A DNA stretch of 64,000 nt, taken from the NCBI GenBank assembly GCA_949296475.1, contig CASFOK010000007.1, positions 9,448 through 73,447 of the forward strand, given 5' to 3'. The notes beneath the pieces are model-generated. The model saw only the letters and a list, made by a program, of their open reading frames with translations, made no database searches and was not told the origin of the DNA. Both the position numbers and the translations under genes were made by a program. Shown here one piece after another: positions 36,190-44,693 of the stretch (positions within the stretch are counted from its first letter, which is position 1; the number at the start of each line of letters is the position of its first letter). Source of the DNA: an uncultured Pseudomonadota bacterium (GTDB lineage: Bacteria; Pseudomonadota; Alphaproteobacteria; Rs-D84).

Positions 36190-37233
36190 ATGAGCAAGAT
36201 TTTTAACCTTATCACCACGCACAAAAACGCTATCATATGGTCAGCGTGCTATTGCGTTGTGATATGGGTGATATTGCTTTGGCTGTTCAATTTTGACATA
36301 TTTTCGTTAAACGCTTGGGCACAGTTACCCAAAGCCAACCTAAATAACTTTCCGGGTCTTGTGTTTGTTATATTATTACTCGCAGCAATACCCTTGTACA
36401 TTGCGACAACGACGTTAATAATCAGAACCAAGAAGCCCTTATTTACAATACCGATACCAAAATTTCTGTATCCGGTACCAGAAAAAGAAGAAAGTACCGA
36501 ATCGAAAAAAGAAACCAAAGACAACCCCGAAACAAATCAACCAATCGCAGAGACATTACCTGCGGGCATTCCTGCCGAGTTGCGCACGCCGTTTTTACGC
36601 GCCCGCGAACACATTCGCGCAGGTATAACGACGCCCCCCGTCGTTAATAAGTACAACGAAATCGCATCTGCGGCGAACATGACTGATACAGTTTCAAGCG
36701 CCCCAAGTCCAACAACTAACAACGACGAAAAACGCGACACAACAAGCAGCGTCACAGATACAAACCTGCCTATTCCTGACGACTTTGATTTTGAGGTTCC
36801 AGACACAGACGATTCGGAATACGCCGATGAATCCATGCCGCATTTTTCGCCTGTATTTACAGACATAGACTTTGATGAAAAAGACGGGGACAGCGACGAT
36901 GACGCGACGACAGAGTCCCAAGAAACAGTGATAAAATTCCTGCAATCGCGTAAAGAGAGTTTTGAACAAGACCAAGACATAATAATCAGCGACAATTTTG
37001 TCATAGGCATTCATTCAGACCCGGACTTTTGGATAGCGGACGAAGAACTATGGTTTGCGGCTGGCAAGCAGAAAGAATCACCGATAAAGAAGATACAAGA
37101 CATTGCCTTGTCCAAGCAATTACAAGGTGTATTATATCTTGCTGAAACGAACATAATGGACCTAGATACCAAGATATCAGAATGGTCAGAATCAGGAATT
37201 AAAGTAATCAGGTCTATATCTGAACTGGGATAA
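36190..37233 (+). CDS. Membrane protein with acidic C-terminal region (hypothetical)
   Basis: Two to three N-terminal TM segments (AIIWSACYCVVIWVILLWLF, GLVFVILLLAAIPLYIATTTLII), then a D/E/T/S-rich region. No recognisable domain. Confidence 0.6.
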   Translation: MSKIFNLITTHKNAIIWSACYCVVIWVILLWLFNFDIFSLNAWAQLPKANLNNFPGLVFVILLLAAIPLYIATTTLIIRTKKPLFTIPIPKFLYPVPEKEESTESKKETKDNPETNQPIAETLPAGIPAELRTPFLRAREHIRAGITTPPVVNKYNEIASAANMTDTVSSAPSPTTNNDEKRDTTSSVTDTNLPIPDDFDFEVPDTDDSEYADESMPHFSPVFTDIDFDEKDGDSDDDATTESQETVIKFLQSRKESFEQDQDIIISDNFVIGIHSDPDFWIADEELWFAAGKQKESPIKKIQDIALSKQLQGVLYLAETNIMDLDTKISEWSESGIKVIRSISELG

Positions 37234-37254
37234 ATCAAACATAAATAAACATTA

Positions 37255-40200
37255 TTAACTTCCAAATCCTTTCGATTGTCCCAACGTACGTCTACCATAA
37301 GGATTTGAAGACTCTAAACTTGGTTGAGACAATGTACTAGATCCACCGCCTGTCGACGTATTACTACTACTCCCACTAGAAGTACTTTTTGTGCTTACAG
37401 GACTAGCAGAAGAAGATGACCCACTGTTACCAATATTGCTGATATCGCCTGTACTAATACCAAGCGAAAATCCGCCCCCATTTTTCTCTGTTACATTACT
37501 GACCGAAGATTGATCATTATAATAAGACTGTAAATTACTACGTGTAGTTAAACCAAACGACTGTTGCGACCCAACCGCAAAACTTACCAACTGCTCGGTA
37601 ATAACCGGTTCAGCATAAGTACTACAGAAATTCCCCTGATATGTATCCGAGGCTTTGGATTGAGAATATCCGGCACTTCCACCAAAAGGCCCAACCTGAG
37701 CCCCCACCTCACCACTATAACTTGCAGATTTATAATTATATATCGCCTCAAACCCTGTACATGGATATGTAGTTGTGGTTATCCTGCATGTGCTGGTACC
37801 TGGCTCATATATACCGGTAATTGTTTGTTTGCCAATCATACGACCACTAAATAACCCCTTAGATTCCACTATTACCTTTTCTACCCCTTTACTTTCCAAC
37901 AATACATTTAACATTTCATCATCTGTTACACCGTTTATAATAACAGACCAATCATTTGATTCTTTAATTCCACTGTTTTTGTTAGACAATCTTGTTGAAG
38001 CATATTCTTCACCTTGCACCAAAGCATTGCAATATATCTGATTTTTATATTCATCTGCTGTACTGATTGCCTGTGCAAACAAATTTGCGTATTGTGCGTC
38101 ATAATTTGACTTTGCCGAATCCAAAACGGCATTAGCTATCACATTCGTATAAGAATCCAACAAATGCGGGAAACGCGCAGTTGTTCTATCTACTACGTTA
38201 CGCGATGTAACACCGCGAATCTGACTCATATCACGACCGCTAACACACATTGTTATTTCTGGATCTGATGCCAATATATCTATCCGTCTTTGAATTTCAT
38301 TCTGAATACCCGTCAAAGCGGTACGGATTCTTTCCTTTGATTCATCGTTAGCATCGGCAATTTGCGACATGTATTTATTAATATCCAAATTATACTGACC
38401 ATTTGAATTTTGACCCAAAGTTAAATTGCTATATAAAATAACACCGTCTATAACATAATCACCACTGGAATTTTTATAACTTACCAAACTGTTTTTTCCT
38501 ATATTAGCATCCTGAGAAAAAATATCACAACTTGTCAAATCTCCGCACAAGGACAGCATTTTTTCATTAACTATATTTTGACACTGTTCTAGCATGGCAT
38601 TATCTATACCCAAATAAATACCTTGTAACATATAATCAATATCAACCATACTTGTTAATTCACCATTTTGTTGACATGCGACAAGTTTTTCTAAAGGACA
38701 CATTTGACGTATTGACGCCAAATCCAATCCGATACATTGTGTATAATCCTTTCCGCATCTATCATCTGCTTGCAGACATTCTTTAACAGCAGTCGTACAA
38801 GAATCCACTCTCATAGAAGCCAATCTAGCGACAACGAAATCCCAAATCTGAGATTCTTCAGCCTTTGCGACAGAAGAAGCATCAATACCGCAAGCATTTA
38901 AAGGGACCTTGCACAAATTCAACATAGTCTCTGGTCTTGTTAAACACATGTCATAAGAACCATCAGGGTCATTAGGATCAATGTTATCTTTACAAGCCTT
39001 TTGGAAGCAATCAGAAATAGATCCGATACAATTTTGTCTTGCATCGTTTTCAGCGATTAATTCTGCGGATTTTATTTGAGGTGCAATGTCTTTCAAGAAA
39101 GTGTCCCAAACTTTATCGGCGACAGCGACACAAGATTTAGTAACGCCTTCGCATAAAGGTTTTTTTGCCAATAAAGTATCATAAGTAGAAGCATAGATTT
39201 CTATGCCAGTAACAGTACCTTGAATAGTATAAGTAGCAGGTTTTCTGTTAGCTCTTTGACTGGCATTAGTATTATCAAAAGCAGCGACAGAAGCACATTT
39301 TGAAAAATCGTCGCCGCAACCAGCGGTAGTAATCATACAGTTTTTAAACTCTACGGCACATTGTCCTAAATCATACTTATTAGCAGATTGATATTGCTCT
39401 AACGCTGCACTCCTTAATGCTTGTTCTGCGGCGTACAATTTTTGCGCGCTTGAATTTTTTTGCTGTTTCAGACTATTTTCATATGCACTGCAATCCGACT
39501 TTATTTGTTGCGAATACATCAACTGTAACATTGACAATTCTGATTGACACTCTGGCACTTGTGCGACGCAAATATCATTAGCTGCCTGATACAACGCATC
39601 GCCCTCTTTGCCTTCTATGGGGTTATTAGACGCGTTTTCACCAAAGATATCATCTTCTTCATCTTCTTCGTCAACGTTCATATTCCAAAGCGACAAATCC
39701 AAAGTACGCTTTTGTTCTTCTTGACCTGCTTTTAGTATGGATTCCGCAACAGCATTTGCGTTTGCGATTGCCGCATCGGCCGCATCGCCCATTTCTATTC
39801 TTTCAACGCCAACCGTGGCCATTTGATAACTTTGTTGGTCCAGTTTTTCTATTTCCGCCAACACGGTATCCAATTCAGCGTTTTTATCACTGCAAATACA
39901 GCGACCACCGTTATCGTTATCTAACATACAGAAAGAATCCATACAACCCATGTATTTCTGACGACACGCTTCGCTAACGATTACGTTTTCCGTTGCCGAT
40001 GCAACCTTGGTTCCCGTAGAAATTACCTTTTGCGTTGTTCCAGCACGCGCAACAACACCCGTTGTCGCGGGGGCAGTTGACGCCGGCGTCGCGCTTCTTG
40101 AAACGGTTGTTCTGCCCGTGGTTGCCGACCTGGCCGGTGCAGTTGTTCTGGTACTGGTCGCACTGCGCGCAGTCGTTGCACTGCGTGCAGAAACAGCATT

Positions 40201-40332
40201 TGTCCGCGAAGATGTCGCAGCAGTTGTCCCTTCTTCTGCAGCGGCCTGACCCCGCCGTTGCTGGGGCACCGCAGCATTTGCAGACGTAATAAGCAAACCC
40301 AAAAACGCAAAAAATACAACGAAACGTTTCAT
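37255..40332 (-). CDS. Large secreted cysteine-rich coiled-coil protein, uncharacterised paralog family (P5)
   Basis: Signal MKRFVVFFAFLGLLITSANA. (A)RSAT repeat linker. Head motif ACRQKYMGCMDSFCMLDNDNGGRCICS. Collinear with P1 over most of its length (e.g. KYDLGQCAVEFKNCM vs KYDLGQCMVEFKKCM). S/G-rich tail. Confidence 0.85.
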   Translation of the reverse strand: MKRFVVFFAFLGLLITSANAAVPQQRRGQAAAEEGTTAATSSRTNAVSARSATTARSATSTRTTAPARSATTGRTTVSRSATPASTAPATTGVVARAGTTQKVISTGTKVASATENVIVSEACRQKYMGCMDSFCMLDNDNGGRCICSDKNAELDTVLAEIEKLDQQSYQMATVGVERIEMGDAADAAIANANAVAESILKAGQEEQKRTLDLSLWNMNVDEEDEEDDIFGENASNNPIEGKEGDALYQAANDICVAQVPECQSELSMLQLMYSQQIKSDCSAYENSLKQQKNSSAQKLYAAEQALRSAALEQYQSANKYDLGQCAVEFKNCMITTAGCGDDFSKCASVAAFDNTNASQRANRKPATYTIQGTVTGIEIYASTYDTLLAKKPLCEGVTKSCVAVADKVWDTFLKDIAPQIKSAELIAENDARQNCIGSISDCFQKACKDNIDPNDPDGSYDMCLTRPETMLNLCKVPLNACGIDASSVAKAEESQIWDFVVARLASMRVDSCTTAVKECLQADDRCGKDYTQCIGLDLASIRQMCPLEKLVACQQNGELTSMVDIDYMLQGIYLGIDNAMLEQCQNIVNEKMLSLCGDLTSCDIFSQDANIGKNSLVSYKNSSGDYVIDGVILYSNLTLGQNSNGQYNLDINKYMSQIADANDESKERIRTALTGIQNEIQRRIDILASDPEITMCVSGRDMSQIRGVTSRNVVDRTTARFPHLLDSYTNVIANAVLDSAKSNYDAQYANLFAQAISTADEYKNQIYCNALVQGEEYASTRLSNKNSGIKESNDWSVIINGVTDDEMLNVLLESKGVEKVIVESKGLFSGRMIGKQTITGIYEPGTSTCRITTTTYPCTGFEAIYNYKSASYSGEVGAQVGPFGGSAGYSQSKASDTYQGNFCSTYAEPVITEQLVSFAVGSQQSFGLTTRSNLQSYYNDQSSVSNVTEKNGGGFSLGISTGDISNIGNSGSSSSASPVSTKSTSSGSSSNTSTGGGSSTLSQPSLESSNPYGRRTLGQSKGFGS

Positions 40333-40482
40333 AGAAAAGCCCTCAACATTTAATGTATTTTATCATAATTACAAAAATCACACAAGAACCTTTTAACATA
40401 ATAATAAAAAATATTCAACAAGCGTATTGACAAATATATATATAGTGGTATAATAACCATATAACAAAAAAGGATAATTAAT

Positions 40483-41328
40483 ATGTCTATAAAATCTTAT
40501 GAACCAGATATCAACGTTGCAAAATCCTATTACTTCACATACAAATCTGGATTTCGCAAATATCTAAACCCAAATAAAAAAATGTTTAACGAATATTCTC
40601 CTGCCTATATAAAGACCAATGAACCGCTTAGGAAAATAACAGGTGCCACCGCTTCATTCGCAAAAGATGTTTTAACAACTGCGGCCAGTGGTGACCATCC
40701 TATTTTTTACAAATTAAATGCCGCCGAAAACATTGATACGTTTGATGTATCTTTTTGCGCCAAAGCAATCATGGACATCAAGGTTGCTGCGTTGCAAAAC
40801 GACCTATCTCTTGATCAATATACGTATCTGTTGTCACGCTTGTACAAAACAAACGACATAAAAAGCATTCCATATATGGCAGATATAATTACAAAACTGC
40901 CAAACGATACAAAACAATTCGTGACCGCAATGAACGACTATAACATATTTGGCAGCGGGAATAATATTTCTGATTCTAACAAACACACCCTGCCAACGGA
41001 ACAAGAATTTGAACTTATGAAAAAATCTATTACCAAACCGTTTAATTTTATCTGGTCTGATATCATGTCACTACATACGCACTTAACAAAGCAGTACGAT
41101 GTAATAAATCTGTCAAATATTCCAGAATATTTAACCGCCGAAAGCATTTTACAGTTATTAACCGATTTAAAGAACAACCTTAAAATCAACGGTTATTTTG
41201 TATCAGACGCGCCTTCATTTGCCGAAGATAACACAAGAAGCAAAATGATAAAGATTTTACCAGAGATTAATTCTTGGGCGATTGCCAGAATGCCGAAAGA
41301 AATTTTGTTTGTTCAAAAAATACGCTAA
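40483..41328 (+). CDS. Hypothetical protein, possibly DUF3419/BtaA-like SAM-binding fold
   Basis: VLTTAASGDHPIFYKLNAAENIDTFDVSFCAKAIMDIKVAAL loosely resembles the N-terminal nucleotide-binding motif of DUF3419 proteins. This is a weak call. Confidence 0.35.
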   Translation: MSIKSYEPDINVAKSYYFTYKSGFRKYLNPNKKMFNEYSPAYIKTNEPLRKITGATASFAKDVLTTAASGDHPIFYKLNAAENIDTFDVSFCAKAIMDIKVAALQNDLSLDQYTYLLSRLYKTNDIKSIPYMADIITKLPNDTKQFVTAMNDYNIFGSGNNISDSNKHTLPTEQEFELMKKSITKPFNFIWSDIMSLHTHLTKQYDVINLSNIPEYLTAESILQLLTDLKNNLKINGYFVSDAPSFAEDNTRSKMIKILPEINSWAIARMPKEILFVQKIR

Positions 41329-41359
41329 ATAAAAAATGCGCCGTCGGCGCATTTTTTAT
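41329..41359. terminator. Bidirectional rho-independent terminator
   Basis: A6 run, then AATGCGCC/GGCGCATT stem (41335-41353), then T5. It ends both the plus-strand gene and the ribosomal superoperon (rplQ). Confidence 0.75.
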
Positions 41360-41913
41360 TTACTTTTTGTAGTACGACTTTTTGTAGTTGTCGCCTTTTT
41401 AGCGTCTGTTTTCTTTGTAGCAGTTTTTGCTTCCTTGACATCTTTATCATCGGATGCGTTTGCTTTCTTTGTTACTTTTTCTTTTTTATCTGCCTTGTCT
41501 GCTTTATTTTCTTCTGTTGTCGCAGGCTTTGTGGCTTTCTTTGCGTTTACATCGCGATCAACCAATTCAATAATCGCCATAGGTGCCGCATCGCCATAAC
41601 GGAAACCCGCTTTTAAAACGCGCGTATAACCGCCAGGACGCTTTGCATAACGAGGTCCCAAAACCGTAAATAATTTCTTTACGGTTTCAGCCGAAGAATT
41701 CCCCAATTCACTTGCAACCAAGCGACGATTTGCAACAGTATCAACTTTTGCGCGGGTAATCAATTTTTCCACTACGCCACGCAAATCTTTGGCCTTTGGC
41801 AAAGTCGTTTTGATTTGTTCTTTCTCAATTAAGTTTTTCGCCAGACCTATAAATAAAGCCTTGCGTGCATTTGTATCGCGATTAAAAGTGCGACCTGATT
41901 TCATATGTCTCAT
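41356..41913 (-). CDS. rplQ: 50S ribosomal protein L17 with Lys/Thr/Ala-rich C-terminal extension
   Basis: [29 protein letters not shown]... is an L17 core. An extra tail of about 60 aa ([22 protein letters not shown]...) follows. Confidence 0.93.
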   Translation of the reverse strand: MRHMKSGRTFNRDTNARKALFIGLAKNLIEKEQIKTTLPKAKDLRGVVEKLITRAKVDTVANRRLVASELGNSSAETVKKLFTVLGPRYAKRPGGYTRVLKAGFRYGDAAPMAIIELVDRDVNAKKATKPATTEENKADKADKKEKVTKKANASDDKDVKEAKTATKKTDAKKATTTKSRTTKSK

Positions 41914-42043
41914 TGATTACTCCTTTATGTTCTTCAGCCTCTACCCCGAGGATTGTTTGAGACGCCCTGACCTGAAACCACTAATTTCAGAACCAAGGAT
42001 TTTTTCGTGCCGGCGACAAACGCTTATCGCCGACACAGAATTA

Positions 42044-43072
42044 TTATTTATATGGGTCTTCGTATTTTTTTGCCAATTCAGCAATGTTTTCTGGTGGCCA
42101 ACCTGGCACGTCCATACCCAAACTTAAACCCATCGCTTCCAATTGAACTTTGATTTCGTTCAAAGACTTGCGACCAAAGTTAGGCGTTTTTAACATGTCT
42201 GCTTCTGTCTTTTGGACCAATTCACCCAACCAATTAATCTTATCGTTCTTTAAGCAATTATTTGCACGAACAGACAATTCCAATTCATCAACGTGCTTTA
42301 ATAATTTCGGATCAAACGGTAAAGTATCTTTTGCTTTTTCTTCTTCGTTCTTGGTGCTGATTTGTGCTGGATCTTCAAAATTAATAAATACAACCAGTTG
42401 ATCAGTTAAAATGCGGGCAGCAAAAGCAATTGCATCTTCTGGCGATACAGAACCATTTGTTTTAACAGTCAGTTCTAATTTGTCATAATCCGTAGATTGA
42501 CCAACGCGCGTTTCAGAAACATCAAACGCAACGTTTAAAATAGGCGAGAATATAGAATCAACAGGAATAACACCCAATGGCAAACCATTTGCATGCGAAC
42601 TGGCCGGCACATAACCACGACCCGTATCCAAAGTTATTTCCATATCAAAACTTGCGCCGTTATCCAAGGTACAAATTTCAGCGTCTTTATTCATAACCTC
42701 AACGCCACCGGAAGTTTCAATCATTCCAGCAGTAACAATCGCTGGTCCTTTAACTTTTATATAAGCCTTGTGTTGACCTTCTGTTAAAGCCTTGAAATAA
42801 ACACCTTTTAAGTTCAAGATGATGTCTGTTACATCTTCACGAACGCCAGATATGCTAGAAAATTCATGTTGAACACCATCAATTTTCACATAAACAGGCG
42901 CGCAACCTTGTAACGAAGACAACAACACGCGACGCAACGCCGTCCCCAACGTACGACCAAAACCCTTTTCCAAAGGTTCCGCAATTAAAGTAGCAATATT
43001 TGGGTTATGTTCATCAACTTTGATATTTAATTTTTTCGGTTTAATCAAAGTCATCCAATTTTTTTCAATCAT
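42044..43072 (-). CDS. rpoA: DNA-directed RNA polymerase subunit alpha
   Basis: 342 aa with N-terminal dimerisation domain and C-terminal ...[23 protein letters not shown] (alpha-CTD HhH). Confidence 0.95.
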   Translation of the reverse strand: MIEKNWMTLIKPKKLNIKVDEHNPNIATLIAEPLEKGFGRTLGTALRRVLLSSLQGCAPVYVKIDGVQHEFSSISGVREDVTDIILNLKGVYFKALTEGQHKAYIKVKGPAIVTAGMIETSGGVEVMNKDAEICTLDNGASFDMEITLDTGRGYVPASSHANGLPLGVIPVDSIFSPILNVAFDVSETRVGQSTDYDKLELTVKTNGSVSPEDAIAFAARILTDQLVVFINFEDPAQISTKNEEEKAKDTLPFDPKLLKHVDELELSVRANNCLKNDKINWLGELVQKTEADMLKTPNFGRKSLNEIKVQLEAMGLSLGMDVPGWPPENIAELAKKYEDPYK

Positions 43073-43141
43073 GAATTTTTCCTTTTGGCTTAGTTTATCA
43101 TTTTCACCATTTGGTACGTATAAACCTTTATACGCCCGCGA

Positions 43142-43170
43142 ATTTTATATCACAAACTAAAAAAAGTCAA
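43142..43170 (-). promoter_or_regulatory. Sigma70-type promoter for rpoA-rplQ
   Basis: On the minus strand: TTGACT (43165-43170), 17-nt spacer, TAAAAT (43142-43147). It lies about 70 nt upstream of the rpoA start. Confidence 0.5.
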
Positions 43171-43239
43171 ACAATTATTACAAAAAACAACAATATGTAT
43201 AGCAAATAAACGCAACCAATAAAAACACCGTTTTAAAAA

Positions 43240-43267
43240 TTGACATTTTGTTTTATTGTACTAATAT
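43240..43267 (+). promoter_or_regulatory. Sigma70-type promoter for the inserted small Cys-rich gene
   Basis: TTGACA (43240-43245), 16-nt spacer, TAATAT (43262-43267). It lies 25 nt upstream of the ATG at 43293. Confidence 0.5.
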
Positions 43268-43292
43268 ACAACAAAACCTAAAGGACAAAAAA

Positions 43293-43649
43293 ATGAAAAA
43301 AACACTATTTTTATCTTTTACAGCCCTATTCATTTGTGGTGTCGCATATGCTGGAACATATCGTGAAACAGAAACATACACATCAAGGGAAAATATAACT
43401 ATTGATACCGTCAGATATAATGGCGTTTCTAAACCTTCTTGCAATTATCGCAAATGTAACGAATGTAACAAGTGCAATCATGTTGCATCTTCACTTGATC
43501 TAAGCCGTCCATGCAAAGTATCAAAATGCAATCAACAGCCTGTCAAAGTAAAAACACACACAGAAGTCATAGATCATTATCAAATATACCAACCTGTTAC
43601 TGTTTATAAACCGGCAGGCACATGTACAACTCGTAGAATAATCAAATAA
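43293..43649 (+). CDS. Small secreted cysteine-rich protein (hypothetical)
   Basis: Signal MKKTLFLSFTALFICGVAYA. CNYRKCNECNKCNH and CKVSKCNQ motifs. It has its own promoter, an AAAGGA Shine-Dalgarno and a downstream terminator. It is antisense to the surrounding ribosomal operon. Confidence 0.6.
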   Translation: MKKTLFLSFTALFICGVAYAGTYRETETYTSRENITIDTVRYNGVSKPSCNYRKCNECNKCNHVASSLDLSRPCKVSKCNQQPVKVKTHTEVIDHYQIYQPVTVYKPAGTCTTRRIIK

Positions 43650-43663
43650 AAAAAATCAAAGAA

Positions 43664-43696
43664 TAAAAATCCCGTTAAAACGGGATTTTTATTTTT
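43664..43696. terminator. Bidirectional rho-independent terminator between rpsK and the inserted gene
   Basis: A5 run, then AATCCCG/CGGGATT stem (43668-43688), then T5ATTTTT. Confidence 0.7.
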
Positions 43697-43708
43697 CTAA
43701 ATCAATCG

Positions 43709-44092
43709 TTATACACGACGAACTTTCTTTGGACGGCAACCGTTGTGTGGGATACGTGTAGTATCAGTAATAGATTGAACAATCAAACCAGCGTTTGCCA
43801 ATCCACGTACAGCAGATTCGCGACCTTGCCCAATACCGCGCATCAAAACATCAACTGTTTTCATACCCATTTCTGCAACTTTTTTACCAACAGCATCTGC
43901 AACAACCGTCGCTGCATATGGTGTAGATTTTTTTGCACCTTTAAAATTATTTGCCCCAGCGGTTGCCCATGTCAAAACAGCACCTGACTGGTCTGTGATT
44001 GTAATACGAGTATTGTTATTAGTCGCAACCACATGCGCAATACCATGTGATACTTTTTTTACGACTTTCTTTTTTGCTTTTGTAACTGCCAT
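43709..44092 (-). CDS. rpsK: 30S ribosomal protein S11
   Basis: GIAHVVATNNNTRITITDQSGAVLTWATAG...RIPHNGCRPKKVRRV. Confidence 0.96.
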   Translation of the reverse strand: MAVTKAKKKVVKKVSHGIAHVVATNNNTRITITDQSGAVLTWATAGANNFKGAKKSTPYAATVVADAVGKKVAEMGMKTVDVLMRGIGQGRESAVRGLANAGLIVQSITDTTRIPHNGCRPKKVRRV

Positions 44093-44153
44093 TTTTTTAA
44101 TACCTTTTTAGATGTCTTCAATTAACTATCGTGTTAATCTCTACCTGTTAAAA

Positions 44154-44531
44154 TTATTTACCCTTTACAGCGGACCCCGCAACGACAACGCGCTTTCCCT
44201 TACGAGTACGGGCATTTGTTTGCGTACGTTGACCGCGAACTGGTAAACGGTTACGATGACGAATACCGCGATAAGTTTTCAAATCTTGCAAACGTTTAAT
44301 ATTCATTGCAACTTCACGGCGAACATCACCTTCTACTTTAAAGTTTTCTTCTATATACTTAGAAATTTTAACAACATCCTCGTCAGTCAAGTCTTTCGCA
44401 CGCAATCCATCTTTTAATTTCAAAGCCTTGCAAATTTGCGCGGACTTTGCCGGTCCGATACCATGGATGTACTGCAACGCGATTTCAATGCGCTTTTCCG
44501 TAGGAATGTTAACACCTGCTATACGTGCCAT
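44154..44531 (-). CDS. rpsM: 30S ribosomal protein S13
   Basis: [30 protein letters not shown]... Confidence 0.96.
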   Translation of the reverse strand: MARIAGVNIPTEKRIEIALQYIHGIGPAKSAQICKALKLKDGLRAKDLTDEDVVKISKYIEENFKVEGDVRREVAMNIKRLQDLKTYRGIRHRNRLPVRGQRTQTNARTRKGKRVVVAGSAVKGK

Positions 44532-44632
44532 TTTTCGTTTTCCTTTTTATTTGTTCCAGTGTACTAAATGCACCCTGATATTTTCTCTGTAAAACCGTTT
44601 TCAGATTTACAAGAGTTTTTATTTGTCGCCTT

Positions 44633-44660
44633 ATTTTATACAATATGCAACAAAAGTCAA
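44633..44660 (-). promoter_or_regulatory. Candidate internal sigma70-type promoter upstream of rpsM
   Basis: On the minus strand: TTGACT (44655-44660), 16-nt spacer, TAAAAT (44633-44638). It sits in the 162-nt secY-rpsM spacer. Confidence 0.4.
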
Positions 44661-44693
44661 ACTTTGTTTCCAATAAAAATATACAATATACCT

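Noticed and set aside
40007-40319. Three overlapping ORFs (40007-40249 +, 40023-40319 -, 40035-40289 +) over the P5 N-terminus
   Set aside because: Same cause as above. The RSAT-linker coding DNA is GC-rich and open in several frames. Only the P5 frame has a signal peptide and continues into conserved sequence.
41336-41599. 87-aa plus-strand hydrophobic ORF
   Set aside because: It is antisense to the Lys-rich tail of rplQ (AAA/AAG codons read as TTT/CTT give a Phe/Leu-rich shadow), and it starts inside the terminator hairpin.
43293-43649. RiPP or lanthipeptide-type precursor (CNxCNKCN motif)
   Set aside because: The protein has a classical Sec signal peptide and is 118 aa long. No modification enzyme, protease or dedicated transporter genes are adjacent.
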